Below, piece by piece: positions 9,759-20,236 of a DNA stretch of 64,000 bases. The first letter of the stretch is position 1; every line of letters starts with the position of its first letter. The notes beneath the pieces were generated by a model. That model did not search any database, was not told where the DNA came from, and worked only from the letters and a program-made list of their open reading frames with translations. The stretch is from Elainellaceae cyanobacterium. GTDB lineage: Bacteria > Cyanobacteriota > Cyanobacteriia > CAZCXK01. The DNA lies in assembly GCA_051117555.1 (NCBI GenBank), contig JBNPEG010000051.1, positions 1-64,000 on the forward strand. The letters are read 5' to 3'. The translations under genes and the position numbers were made by a program.

Positions 9759-10268
9759 CTAGCGCACTTGCATATACACTGCATCAGAGAGGGTTGGGAT
9801 TTCGGCATAGCGACCGATTACCGATTGCACGATTGAATACACGACGGCAATAACAGTCCCTAGGAAAATCACGTTAAATAACGTTTCCTCGATCAAACCG
9901 CCGCCCATGAACGGTTCAAAAATATAGATCCATACGACCCCAAACAAGCTCATGGCGATTCCGAGCATAATCGCTTGCATGGTGTTAAATCGAACAAAGT
10001 GTCGAATACTTTCGTTTCTGACAACCAGAAAATATAGCCCAAAGAAAATTATCAGCCCTCCTAGACTAATCCCTCCAAACGCAAAAAGACCCACAAAGAG
10101 CTGATAGACAAAGATAAATGGTTGAAGAGGAATCAACAAAATTGTCAATTCAGGAAACTGTCTGAAAAAAGGAGAACCGTAGAATAGAACTGCCTCGATT
10201 AACGGCAGCAAATAGACTAAACACGCGAATACTCGATCGAGCGGAGTCGTTGAACCACGCCAGGTCAT
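9759..10268 (-). CDS. Tic20 family (Ycf60-like) membrane protein
   Basis: MTWRGSTT, HFVRFNTMQA, GRYAEIPTLSDAVYMQVR. Confidence 0.85.
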   Translation of the reverse strand: MTWRGSTTPLDRVFACLVYLLPLIEAVLFYGSPFFRQFPELTILLIPLQPFIFVYQLFVGLFAFGGISLGGLIIFFGLYFLVVRNESIRHFVRFNTMQAIMLGIAMSLFGVVWIYIFEPFMGGGLIEETLFNVIFLGTVIAVVYSIVQSVIGRYAEIPTLSDAVYMQVR

Positions 10269-10397
10269 GTCATGTCCTCCTGATGTAATAAATTCATATT
10301 AGCGAGTAAAAATCACTGCGTAATGATAATGATTAGTTAGGGATCTCAATCATTTCTAACAATTAATCCGTAAGCATATTCGATTTAGCCCTGCATA

Positions 10398-10595
10398 TCA
10401 CTCAATGTTGGCAACTCGAAAACCCATTTGACATTCAAATTGGACAGGTTGGCTATCGGCAGTTTTGAGCAAAGCACGTCCACATCTCAAATGTCCGCGA
10501 TCCCAGCGAGGTTGACCACTTTGATCCGCCATCAAGCAGCTGTAGCAGACTTGCTGAGGAGGAAGAATCTGATCGTTCATCAGGATGACTAACAT
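10398..10595 (-). CDS. Small Cys-containing conserved hypothetical protein
   Basis: MLVILM...VCYSCLMADQSGQPRW...ECQMGFRVA; four spaced cysteines; GAGG SD upstream. Confidence 0.65.
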   Translation of the reverse strand: MLVILMNDQILPPQQVCYSCLMADQSGQPRWDRGHLRCGRALLKTADSQPVQFECQMGFRVANIE

Positions 10596-10966
10596 GTGAC
10601 ACCTCTCGCAATTGCGGCTCTGTGCTAAGCCTATTGTATGTCAATCTATCTGCAGCATTGATTACAGGTCATGACAGCCATCAATATCCAATTAATTTCA
10701 ATGCCTGATCAATTCAATGCCTGATTAAATAAGCGATTGACGTTTGATAGGTTGGCATTCTCAACCTAACTAATCGAGCGAACCGTTTAAGTATTCCTTG
10801 ATCCAAATTCGATGCATCGTGCACAAGATAACAGGGTTATTATTAATAATTCAGGAACAGTTTGATAATTCAGGAATCCTCCGCTATCCGATGCCCCGAT
10901 GGGCAGCAACGAGACACCTGAGAGCGAAAGACTGTACAAGCTGATTGATGTGCTGGGAGTTAATTT

Positions 10967-12250
10967 GTGACGCAGACCAATGTAGATTTTCTGACAACAA
11001 CTGATCCTGCCATTGCGGGATTAATTCAGCAAGAACTGAATCGGCAACGAGCGCATTTAGAGCTCATTGCGAGCGAGAATTTCACATCTCCGGCAGTCCT
11101 AGCTGCTCAAGGATCAGTTCTTACCAACAAATATGCAGAGGGCTTGCCTCGTAAGCGATATTATGGCGGTTGCGAATATATCGATCAGGTTGAGCAGTTG
11201 GCCATTGATCGCGCGAAAGAACTATTCGGAGCGGCTCATGCCAACGTGCAGCCTCATTCCGGTGCACAAGCCAACTTTGCGGTTTTTCTGGCTCTACTCG
11301 AACCGGGTGACACCATTATGGGCATGGACTTGTCTCATGGCGGACATCTGACCCACGGCTCTCCTGTCAACGTGTCTGGCAAGTGGTTTAAGGTGTGTCA
11401 CTATGGTGTCGATAGAGAAACTGAAACATTAGATTACGAACAGGTTCGTGAGCTGGCGTTGCAGCATCGTCCCAAGATGATGATTTGTGGCTACTCGGCC
11501 TATCCAAGAGTCATTGACTTTGCCAAGTTTCGGGCGATCGCAGACGAAGTTGGCGCTTACCTTCTAGCAGATGTCGCTCATATTGCAGGTCTTATTGCGA
11601 GCGGTCTGCATCCCAATCCAATTCCCCATTGTCACGTTGTCACCACCACGACTCACAAGACCCTGCGAGGGCCAAGGGGTGGATTGATTATGACCAATGA
11701 CCCGGAACTGGGTAAGAAATTTGATAAGGGCGTTTTTCCAGGGTCTCAGGGAGGGCCGTTAGAGCATGCAATTGCGGCAAAGGCAGTCGCATTTGGAGAG
11801 GCGTTGAAGCCCGAATTTAGAACCTACTCGGCTCAAGTGATTGACAATGCTAAATCCTTAGCGACTCAGCTTGAAGCTCGTGGGCTTAAAGCGGTGTCAG
11901 GCGGAACTGACAATCATCTTGTGCTCGTTGACTTGCGTTCAATCGGCATGACTGGAAAGGTCGCCGATCAACGTGTGAGCGACGTCAATATCACCGCAAA
12001 TAAAAATACGGTGCCGTTTGACCCAGAGTCTCCGTTTGTAACGAGCGGATTGCGGTTAGGGTCACCAGCCATGACCACGCGCGGCATGGGAACAGCAGAA
12101 TTCACGGAGATTGCGAATATCATTGCCGATCGCCTGCTCAATCCTGAGGATGGTGAGGTTGCCCAAGCATGTCGTCAGCGCGTTAAGGCGCTATGCGATC
12201 GCTTCCCGCTTTATCCCCATTTGACGATTTCTCAGCCCGCGCTAGTTTAG
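10967..12250 (+). CDS. glyA: Serine hydroxymethyltransferase
   Basis: [25 protein letters not shown] lysine motif [14 protein letters not shown]. Confidence 0.98.
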   Translation: MTQTNVDFLTTTDPAIAGLIQQELNRQRAHLELIASENFTSPAVLAAQGSVLTNKYAEGLPRKRYYGGCEYIDQVEQLAIDRAKELFGAAHANVQPHSGAQANFAVFLALLEPGDTIMGMDLSHGGHLTHGSPVNVSGKWFKVCHYGVDRETETLDYEQVRELALQHRPKMMICGYSAYPRVIDFAKFRAIADEVGAYLLADVAHIAGLIASGLHPNPIPHCHVVTTTTHKTLRGPRGGLIMTNDPELGKKFDKGVFPGSQGGPLEHAIAAKAVAFGEALKPEFRTYSAQVIDNAKSLATQLEARGLKAVSGGTDNHLVLVDLRSIGMTGKVADQRVSDVNITANKNTVPFDPESPFVTSGLRLGSPAMTTRGMGTAEFTEIANIIADRLLNPEDGEVAQACRQRVKALCDRFPLYPHLTISQPALV

Positions 12251-12526
12251 GTGAGAACATGTCAATGTTCCTTGAAAATTGTGTTATGCACTCTGCTTTA
12301 TCCTGATTTGCTTAGCAGGCTTGAGTAAATCTCGGTGGAAACAATGAGTTGGGCTAGATAATCTGGCTCAACTCGTTTCATAAGTATATAATCCTCAAAT
12401 TAACTGGAATCGGGGTTATAACCCCGCCAAATTGCGAGAAAATCTTTTTTTAGCTCTAGCTTTGGAACGATAATTCACGTAGACTCTGCCTGAACGTCTT
12501 TCCATCTCTACCTGGTAGGATTTCAG

Positions 12527-13576
12527 ATGCCCGCTCAGCTTTATCATCTCGTCTCATTTCTGGCTTCTGCTATTGTCGTCTTGATTAGTACGCCACTCGT
12601 CAAACATATTGGCCTATCTGCCGGACGTGTTGATCTACCAAGCGATCGCAAGGTTCATCAACGTCCAATGGTGCGTCTTGGCGGAATTTCTATCTTTATC
12701 GGAAGCTTGACGGCACTGCTAATTGTTTGGGCAATGGGAGGGTTTGGCATTTTACCCCCTCATAAAGAATATGAGATTTGGGGCGTCACGATTGGCGGGC
12801 TGGCCTTCTTTCTAATTGGTTTAGCCGATGATTTATTTGGGTTATCTCCTGCGTCTCGTCTATTGATGCAAGTGGCGATCGCGGCTTGTGCCTGGCAAGT
12901 TGGTGTACAAATCGAGTTTCTCACCATCCCATTTATAGGTTTAATTCCTCTCCCCGTATGGTTGAGCGTGCTTATTACCATCATTTGGCTAGTTGGTATG
13001 ACCAACGCCATCAACTGGATTGACGGATTAGATGGGTTGGCGGCTGGAGTGTCTGGCATTGCGGCGGTTGTCATGTTGATGGTCAGCCTATATATGAATC
13101 AGCCCGCTGCTGCCCTCATTGCGGCTGCCCTCGCAGGGGGGGCGCTCGGATTTCTTCGCTATAACTTTAATCCAGCTCAAATCTTTATGGGTGATGGAGG
13201 GGCCTATTACATTGGGTTCACCCTAGCAGGAGTCAGTGTCATCGGTTTGATTAAAAGCGTCACTACGGTTGCCGTATTATTGCCTTACCTAATCTTGGCA
13301 GTGCCAATTTTAGACATGTCAGCCGTAATTTTGGATCGACTCCGCCACGGAAAATCGCCATTTGCTGCCGATAACCGTCACCTCCACCATCGCTTGCTAA
13401 ACGCCGGGTTATCGCATCGATTAACCGTTCTATTTATTTATTCACTGACGCTTTGGGTGGGGAGTCTAGCCGTCGCATTTGCCGGTGTGCCAAGCGGTTT
13501 GGTATATGCATTAGCTGCAACGGCCTTATTAAGCTATACCTGTTGGAAAGCTCGAAAACATGCCCGCCAGCAGTAA
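12527..13576 (+). CDS. MraY/WecA(TagO) family undecaprenyl-phosphate GlcNAc-1-phosphate transferase
   Basis: NAINWIDGLDGLA, FNPAQIFMGDGG, HLHHRLL; multiple TM helices. Confidence 0.92.
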   Translation: MPAQLYHLVSFLASAIVVLISTPLVKHIGLSAGRVDLPSDRKVHQRPMVRLGGISIFIGSLTALLIVWAMGGFGILPPHKEYEIWGVTIGGLAFFLIGLADDLFGLSPASRLLMQVAIAACAWQVGVQIEFLTIPFIGLIPLPVWLSVLITIIWLVGMTNAINWIDGLDGLAAGVSGIAAVVMLMVSLYMNQPAAALIAAALAGGALGFLRYNFNPAQIFMGDGGAYYIGFTLAGVSVIGLIKSVTTVAVLLPYLILAVPILDMSAVILDRLRHGKSPFAADNRHLHHRLLNAGLSHRLTVLFIYSLTLWVGSLAVAFAGVPSGLVYALAATALLSYTCWKARKHARQQ

Positions 13577-13594
13577 GAATCGTCATAAAATTCC

Positions 13595-14860
13595 ATGAAT
13601 GCAAGTGCTGAAATCATCTGCGTAGGGACTGAGCTTCTTCTGGGCGAGATTTTAAATAGTAATGCTCAGTTTCTAGCCCAAGAACTTGCCAGACTCGGCA
13701 TTTCCCACTATTACCAAACGGTGGTGGGAGACAACCCGCTCCGCTTGAAGAAAGTCATTACAACAGCATGTGAGCGATCGCGCCTACTGCTTTTTACAGG
13801 GGGGCTGGGTCCGACCCCTGACGACCTTACCACTGAAACCATTGCCGATTTTTTTGGGGTTCCGTTGGTTGAGCGCGCCGAAATCTTAGAGGATATTGCT
13901 CGCAAATACGCTCATCGGGGTTGGATTGTCTCTCCTAGTAATCGAAAACAGGCGCTACTTCCAGAAGGGGCTGATGTTCTTCCAAATCCGCAAGGAAGTG
14001 CGCCAGGTATGATTTGGACACCGAGACCTGGGTTGACGATTCTTACGTTTCCGGGTGTGCCTAGCGAAATGCAAACCATGTGGCAGCAAACCGCAGTTCC
14101 GTATTTGCAATGTCAGGGATGGGGCAGCAGCACGATTTATAGCCGGACTCTCAAATTTTGGGGAATCACAGAATCTGCGCTTGCCGAAAAAATTCAACCC
14201 TTTTTTGACCTTCAGAACCCAACCGTCGCTCCCTATGCAGGACAGGGAGAAGTGCGGCTACGAATTTCAGCACGGGCAGAATCATCCGATACAGCCCTTC
14301 AGATCATTCGCCCCGTCGAGCAAACGCTTCAAGACATGGGTGGAGACCACTACTACGGTGCAGACACAGACACGTTGGCATCGGTAGTGGGAGACTTGTT
14401 GAGCAATGCCCAGGAGACCTTGGCGGTTGCTGAATCTTGCACGGGCGGAGGGCTCGGAGAGTTGCTTACGACTGTCTCAGGTAGCTCAAGCTATTTCAAA
14501 GGAGGCGTCATTGCTTACGCTAACGACGTCAAGGAGGCGTTACTGGGAGTTAATCACGAAGATTTGCAAGCTCAGGGGGCCGTCAGTGATGTTGTGGCTC
14601 AGCAGATGGCCGCAGGCGTGTGCGATCGCCTCGGCACAACCTGGGGGCTCAGCATCACGGGCGTCGCTGGACCCACGGGTGGGACATCTGCCAAACCCGT
14701 GGGTTTGGTCTATATTGGGCTAGCAAGTGCAGATGGTGTAGTAACGAGCACAGCACACCAGTTTGGAGGATTGCGCGGGCGAGAGTGGGTTCGCTGGATG
14801 AGTGCATGCACTGCACTAGACTTGCTCAGGCGTCAAGTCTTAACCAACCGTAAATATTGA
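13595..14860 (+). CDS. cinA: Competence/damage-inducible protein CinA
   Basis: VGTELLLG, GGLGPTPDDLT, AESCTGG, SITGVAGP. Confidence 0.93.
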   Translation: MNASAEIICVGTELLLGEILNSNAQFLAQELARLGISHYYQTVVGDNPLRLKKVITTACERSRLLLFTGGLGPTPDDLTTETIADFFGVPLVERAEILEDIARKYAHRGWIVSPSNRKQALLPEGADVLPNPQGSAPGMIWTPRPGLTILTFPGVPSEMQTMWQQTAVPYLQCQGWGSSTIYSRTLKFWGITESALAEKIQPFFDLQNPTVAPYAGQGEVRLRISARAESSDTALQIIRPVEQTLQDMGGDHYYGADTDTLASVVGDLLSNAQETLAVAESCTGGGLGELLTTVSGSSSYFKGGVIAYANDVKEALLGVNHEDLQAQGAVSDVVAQQMAAGVCDRLGTTWGLSITGVAGPTGGTSAKPVGLVYIGLASADGVVTSTAHQFGGLRGREWVRWMSACTALDLLRRQVLTNRKY

Positions 14861-14999
14861 TCGCGTAACCTTGATCATTTCCTCTAATTGGTTATTATGA
14901 AGAAGAGACGATAAAGTGTTAGCTACCTAACTTTCTAGCTGGGTTTTTTTAAAAACTCTTAAATGCTTCCTGGCTTAAGTAAAGGAGTAAATATTTCTA

Positions 15000-15137
15000 A
15001 TGGATTACCTTGACGGCATACTTGACAAGCTTAAAGATTGGGTCCGCAAGTTGCTTGATGCGCTGCTGGGGCCCGATGCTCAACCCGAATCCGAACCGAT
15101 CCCAATTCCAGTTCGAGAAGGGCAGCGCCGCCGTTAA
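15000..15137 (+). CDS. Small protein, 45 aa (absent from the ORF track)
   Basis: AAGGAG SD upstream; MDYLDGILDKLKDWVRKLLDALLGPDAQPESEPIPIPVREGQRRR; ends 6 nt before aroQ. Confidence 0.75.
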   Translation: MDYLDGILDKLKDWVRKLLDALLGPDAQPESEPIPIPVREGQRRR

Positions 15138-15143
15138 GTCGGC

Positions 15144-15602
15144 ATGAGCACAGCGTCGAGTGTTGCCAGCATTCTTGTACTTCATGGGCCTAACCTGAAC
15201 CTGCTGGGTGTCAGACAACCCGAGGTGTATGGGTCAACTACGTTAGATGATATCAACCAAATCTTGAGTGAAGATGCTTCATCCTTGTCGATATCTCTTA
15301 GCTTTTTGCAGTCTAACCATGAAGGGCATTTGATTGACGCAATTCACGGCGCTCTGAAGATTTATCAGGGAATACTCATCAATCCTGGTGCCTACACGCA
15401 TACGAGTATTGCTCTTCAAGATGCGATCGCCTCGGTTGGTGTGCCGACGGTTGAGGTCCATCTCAGCAACATTTACCGCCGTGAGGCATTTCGACATCAT
15501 TCGTATGTTGCGCCTGTTGCGATCGGGCAAGTCAGTGGGTTTGGTGTCGAAAGCTATCGGCTAGGATTGCGCGCCCTTGTCAGCCACTTGAGGTCAAAGT
15601 AG
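15144..15602 (+). CDS. aroQ: Type II 3-dehydroquinate dehydratase
   Basis: [32 protein letters not shown]. Confidence 0.96.
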   Translation: MSTASSVASILVLHGPNLNLLGVRQPEVYGSTTLDDINQILSEDASSLSISLSFLQSNHEGHLIDAIHGALKIYQGILINPGAYTHTSIALQDAIASVGVPTVEVHLSNIYRREAFRHHSYVAPVAIGQVSGFGVESYRLGLRALVSHLRSK

Positions 15603-15849
15603 CTTGGTGCAGTGCAGAAGGATATGTAGGTTGCGTTTCAATCGTAACCTGGAGCGCTGGCTGAGAATTGAGCAGATTGTGTTAGCTCAGGTCTCTGAGC
15701 TGGCTTTTCTGTATTTATCAAGATTTATCAAGACATTTCTGTAAGCTTCGCTAGATCGGGTCTGTCAACTTCAGCACCAGCTTCTAGGATTGGAAATAGG
15801 AAATCGTGTTTCCTATTCGTTGTATTGCGATTGTGGGTAAATAACAGCC

Positions 15850-16707
15850 ATGTTGAGCCAAACGCTTAATCAACTCAGGAATCTGTTTGCCGAAATGGAT
15901 CGGGCATTAGTTGCCTATTCAGGCGGGGTAGACAGCACGTTGGTTGCGAAGATTGCCTATGATGTGTTGGGCGATCGCGCATTAGCGGTCACGGCCGACT
16001 CTCCATCGCTATTGCCCGATGATTTAGAAGATGCCCGGATTCAAGCGGCAACGATTGGTATTTCTCATGAAATTATTCGCACGCATGAGATGGATAATCC
16101 CAATTACACCTCAAATCCAGTCAATCGATGCTATTTCTGCAAGAGCGAACTTCACGATACTCTCAAGCCCCTGGCGCTCAAACGCGGTTATCCCTACGTG
16201 ATTGATGGCGTGAATGCAGATGACTTATCCGATTATCGTCCCGGTATTCAAGCTGCAAAAGAGCGAGGTGCGCGATCGCCTTTAGCAGAAGTTGGCGTGA
16301 CGAAGCTAGAGGTTCGACAGCTATCGAAAGAATTAGGGCTGACCTGGTGGGATAAACCTGCTCAGCCTTGTCTGAGTTCCCGATTTCCATACGGTGAAGA
16401 AATCACCGTGGGTAAGCTTCAGCGCGTTGGGAAAGCCGAGCGCCATCTCCGTAGCTTGGGCATGACGAATCTGCGGGTTCGCTCGGAAGGCGATACGGCA
16501 CGGATTGAGTTGCCGCCCGAGCAAATCAAAGATTTTGTCCTGACGGCTAATTTGCCTTCACTCGTCGAACAGCTTCAAGCCTATGGCTTTTTGTATGTCA
16601 CGCTTGACTTGGAAGGATATCAGAGCGGTAAGCTCAATCGGGCACTTCAGCGTCCGTCATCGGATAGCGCGACGAACGATGATCTAGCGACTGCTAGTAG
16701 AGGATGA
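15850..16707 (+). CDS. larE: ATP-dependent sacrificial sulfur transferase LarE family
   Basis: PP-loop AYSGGVDS, RCYFCK, DYRPG, PCLSSR. Confidence 0.9.
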   Translation: MLSQTLNQLRNLFAEMDRALVAYSGGVDSTLVAKIAYDVLGDRALAVTADSPSLLPDDLEDARIQAATIGISHEIIRTHEMDNPNYTSNPVNRCYFCKSELHDTLKPLALKRGYPYVIDGVNADDLSDYRPGIQAAKERGARSPLAEVGVTKLEVRQLSKELGLTWWDKPAQPCLSSRFPYGEEITVGKLQRVGKAERHLRSLGMTNLRVRSEGDTARIELPPEQIKDFVLTANLPSLVEQLQAYGFLYVTLDLEGYQSGKLNRALQRPSSDSATNDDLATASRG

Positions 16708-17709
16708 GTGAGCGTCTACGATCTCACGGACTCGATAAATCGGTCGTCCCTGAGATTCGTGGTATGTTCGCATGAGCAACTCTGCAAGAAGCCCAAAACT
16801 AAAGAGCTGGAGCCCGCCTAACACTAACAGAATCGACAAAATCAATAGGGGGCGATCGCCAATGCTTTGCCCCAAGCCAATCTTTAAGAACGACAGATAG
16901 ACTCCCAAAACCATCCCCAATACGATTGCCCCGACCCCAAACAGGCCAAACACATGCATCGGGCGAGTCAGAAATTTCTTCATGAAAAAAATGGTGAGCA
17001 GATCCATTAGTACACGAAACGTGCGCCCTAACCCATATTTGCTCTTTCCAAATTGTCTGGCATGATGGCTAACTGGAATTTCAGCAATGCGGGCGCCTTC
17101 GATAAAGGCTAGAGCAGGCAAGAAGCGATGCAGTTCGCCGTAGAGATTCATATCGGCAACGAGTTCTGCTCGATATGCCTTAAGAGAACAGCCGTAGTCA
17201 TGAAGCTCGACTCCCGTGACGCGTCCAATCACCCAATTGGCGATTTTAGAGGGTAGCAATCGGGTTAACGCGGCATCCTGACGGTCTTTTCGCCAACCGC
17301 TTACCAAGTCGTATCCGTCATCTAGCTTGTCCACCAGTCGAGGAATGTCGATGGGGTCGTTTTGCAAATCGCCGTCCATGGTGATCACGATGCACCCTGC
17401 GGCATATTTAAATCCGGCTGCCATTGCCGCCGTTTGACCATAATTACGGCGAAACAATACGGCTTTCAAATCAGTGCGCTGGGTAGCTTTTTGCTTAAGA
17501 AGCTCAGTCGAACCGTCTTGTGAACCATCGTCAATACACACAATTTCGTAGCTGATATCGTGCTCTTGGAGCGTAGTTGCGATCGCCTCCAACAGTTTCG
17601 GGAAGCTCTCAACCTCGTTATAGATGGGCACCACGATCGAGACGTCTGGCTGAGCGGGTGTGATTCCTGATGGGTCGGATTGATGAGGCAAAACGGTCGA
17701 TATGCTCAT
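16684..17709 (-). CDS. Glycosyltransferase family 2 (ArnC/DPM-synthase-like)
   Basis: SIVVPIYNE, IDDGSQD, RNYGQTAA, MDGDLQNDP; two C-terminal TM helices. Confidence 0.92.
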   Translation of the reverse strand: MSISTVLPHQSDPSGITPAQPDVSIVVPIYNEVESFPKLLEAIATTLQEHDISYEIVCIDDGSQDGSTELLKQKATQRTDLKAVLFRRNYGQTAAMAAGFKYAAGCIVITMDGDLQNDPIDIPRLVDKLDDGYDLVSGWRKDRQDAALTRLLPSKIANWVIGRVTGVELHDYGCSLKAYRAELVADMNLYGELHRFLPALAFIEGARIAEIPVSHHARQFGKSKYGLGRTFRVLMDLLTIFFMKKFLTRPMHVFGLFGVGAIVLGMVLGVYLSFLKIGLGQSIGDRPLLILSILLVLGGLQLFSFGLLAELLMRTYHESQGRPIYRVREIVDAHSSSTSSR

Positions 17710-17800
17710 GGTCGTTTGTAAATTAGCGCGATAAAACGATTCGTAGAATGAACCAATAGTATTGACGTGAATTGGCGCCACTGATGCAGGATACGCTGCT

Positions 17801-18823
17801 TTAAGATTTAAGATTACCAGATCGGCTCGCAAGCTCCTTCGCGAGCCTCCCATTCAACCGCTCGTCTAACCATGCTAAGCCAGCTCCCCCTGCTTCGGCT
17901 AATGTGCTAATCAAGCGATATATGGCAACGCTACTCAAAATCAGCCCGGTCGAAAACTGACCATCGAGTAGGGCGATCGCAGTTGCCTCAAATACGCCAA
18001 TGCCGCCAGGGGCTCCTGGAATCACCAATCCGAGTAGCCAAGCAATGCTGAAGGCACTAATGAGCGCTGGGATGTCACTTAATTCAATCGATCTTAATGC
18101 AAAGACGACCCACAAAAATCCTGCGCTGCGGAGTCCCAGAAATACGAATTCACCCAATAGAGGTCGCAGCGGATATCGGTGAATCTTCAGTGGTGGCACT
18201 ACGACTTCAGACGAGCGATCGTCTAGTGGTGCATCCGGTTCAGGATTGGGTTTGGCGTGTCCTTTGAGCTTTTTAACATAGCGGAGCAAACCATTAAGAA
18301 TCCGAGGATGGACAATTGCTAACACTCCCAAAAGCCCGACAATTTGTAGGGCGAGATTGCTTCGCTGGCCGCTGATTAACGCAACTAAAAGCGCCGCTGC
18401 TGCCATAAGTAGCGGTTCGAGCAGCACGCTCAACGTCGATGCTTCGAGGGAATATCCGGCTGCCTTAGATGCCCAGACTCGACCATAAAAATGCCACACA
18501 TTGCCGGGCAGATATTTGGCGATGTTGGTCTTGAGATAAACCAAAATTCCCCATACTCCTGAAGCGGGCTGATGGAGTTCTCGCAATATCAAACTCCAGA
18601 CCCAACCAGACCAAATGTGGGCGAGTAGGGTTGTGCCTAGGGCGATCGCCAGACACGCCCAACCGCTCGAATCGATGCGAATTGAGGCAACGTCTTCCCA
18701 GTGAGCTACCAGAGTTTCTATCAAAAAAACTAGCGTACCGCCTAAAATTACCCAACGGAGATAGGGCTTCAGGCGTTTTACAAGATGACGAATCGTTGCC
18801 CACACCGACTGCTTTCTGTTCAT
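17801..18823 (-). CDS. Lysylphosphatidylglycerol synthase TM domain (UPF0104) protein
   Basis: AKYLPGNVW, PGAPGGIGVFE, polytopic membrane protein. Confidence 0.8.
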   Translation of the reverse strand: MNRKQSVWATIRHLVKRLKPYLRWVILGGTLVFLIETLVAHWEDVASIRIDSSGWACLAIALGTTLLAHIWSGWVWSLILRELHQPASGVWGILVYLKTNIAKYLPGNVWHFYGRVWASKAAGYSLEASTLSVLLEPLLMAAAALLVALISGQRSNLALQIVGLLGVLAIVHPRILNGLLRYVKKLKGHAKPNPEPDAPLDDRSSEVVVPPLKIHRYPLRPLLGEFVFLGLRSAGFLWVVFALRSIELSDIPALISAFSIAWLLGLVIPGAPGGIGVFEATAIALLDGQFSTGLILSSVAIYRLISTLAEAGGAGLAWLDERLNGRLAKELASRSGNLKS

Positions 18824-18874
18824 TCACATGTTTGACTCATAGCAGTTTAGATCTGATTAATCGAAATGAGTGCA

Positions 18875-19864
18875 TCAGCGCGATCGCCGACTGCCAAACA
18901 TTCGCGCGTAGACATAGGTAAAGGCACTTCCCCAAAAAAATAACTGGCATGTCAAATATAGCCACAGCATGAGCACCATCACACCGCCGACCACCCCATA
19001 TGACTGAAAGTGGCTTCCAATATGAATCACGCTGTTACTAACCAACTGCTGTAGCCCAACTAGCAAGGTCGTTGTAATCAACGCGCCTAACCACACATCA
19101 CCCCACGCGACTCGGGTCGCCGGAAGAATCTTAAACAAGATCATGATGACTAGCGCTAGCAATAAGAAAGACGAGGTAAGCTGCAAAATGTTGATGAGCA
19201 GCGCCTCATCGATCTCGATAAACGTAATCTGGTCGCTGAAATTTTGAAGAATTCTCAAAATAACTTTGACCGCAATATTTGACATCAGCGATAAAAACAA
19301 CAAAGCCGATGAGCTGAGCACCAGAATAAAGGACGTAACTCTGCGATGAACAAAATTCATCACCACAGTGATCAAATTCTCTTGGCTAGGTCGTTCTTCT
19401 GAGACTTTCCAGATAATGTCTAAATCTCGCTTGAGCGCTCCAAAGACTCCACTTGCCGTAAAGAGCAGTAGCGAGAAGCCCACAATTCCAGCGCCTACGC
19501 TGCTTTCATTCAGACTCAGCAATGTATTTTCAACAATGGCATAGGCATCGGGTGGCAATGATTCTTGTGTCAAGTTCAGAATTTCATTGTATGCGTCTGT
19601 GTTAGGCCCCGTTAGAAAGCCAAAAACGCTCAGCGCCACTAGAAACGTTGGAAAAATGGAAAATAAGGCATAGTATGCTAAGGCAGCACCCATCTCTAGA
19701 CATCTTTCTTGCTGCCACTTCAGAAATGTGCGAAAAAATAGTTGAACAATTTTAGATTGGGCAATCTGTGTCTTGAAGAATTCAATCACAGGTGATTTAC
19801 TCAGCAATGGTTGATTAGATTTTGAATGGTTAGTAACGCGTATCTGTCGGTCCGTTTCTCTCAC
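18875..19864 (-). CDS. YihY/virulence factor BrkB family membrane protein
   Basis: GAALAYYALFSIFP, YGVVGGVMVLMLWLY. Confidence 0.88.
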   Translation of the reverse strand: MRETDRQIRVTNHSKSNQPLLSKSPVIEFFKTQIAQSKIVQLFFRTFLKWQQERCLEMGAALAYYALFSIFPTFLVALSVFGFLTGPNTDAYNEILNLTQESLPPDAYAIVENTLLSLNESSVGAGIVGFSLLLFTASGVFGALKRDLDIIWKVSEERPSQENLITVVMNFVHRRVTSFILVLSSSALLFLSLMSNIAVKVILRILQNFSDQITFIEIDEALLINILQLTSSFLLLALVIMILFKILPATRVAWGDVWLGALITTTLLVGLQQLVSNSVIHIGSHFQSYGVVGGVMVLMLWLYLTCQLFFWGSAFTYVYARMFGSRRSR

Positions 19865-20141
19865 TTATTTAAATGTTAAGCAACTGTTAACTAGTCCACA
19901 ATACATCTCAGCTCGCTGTCGGATTTAGCTAGGTTTTGTGCCAATCTAGATGCCAAAACCTAGATGCCGTTTGATGCACGAATTAGCCTGGGCGAATCAA
20001 GCATAGGGTTAGAAGTAGCATACCAACAGTAAGCTTGCAAGCTGACTAGGCACAGATTTATGGATTTTTATTAAGATTACTGAGCGCTTAGGCTTGGCCT
20101 TATCAAATTCTAAAATTTTTGAGGTTTTAATGCGGATGGTT

Positions 20142-20232
20142 CATAGTCCTACGAGCTTGGATTTGTGCGCCAGACCGGGCGACCTTGGGCTCTACGCAGG
20201 TTCGATGTCCTAACGCGAGAGTATAAGGACAT
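20142..20232. mobile_element. TATAGC-type element, subfamily A, diverged copy
   Basis: catagtcctacgagcttggatttgtg ... gtcctaacgcgagagtataagg aligns with 45295-45389. Confidence 0.65.
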
Positions 20233-20236
20233 CTCT

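Noticed and set aside
14997..15218. Minus-strand 73-aa ORF
   Set aside because: It is an antisense shadow of the 45-aa small gene and aroQ
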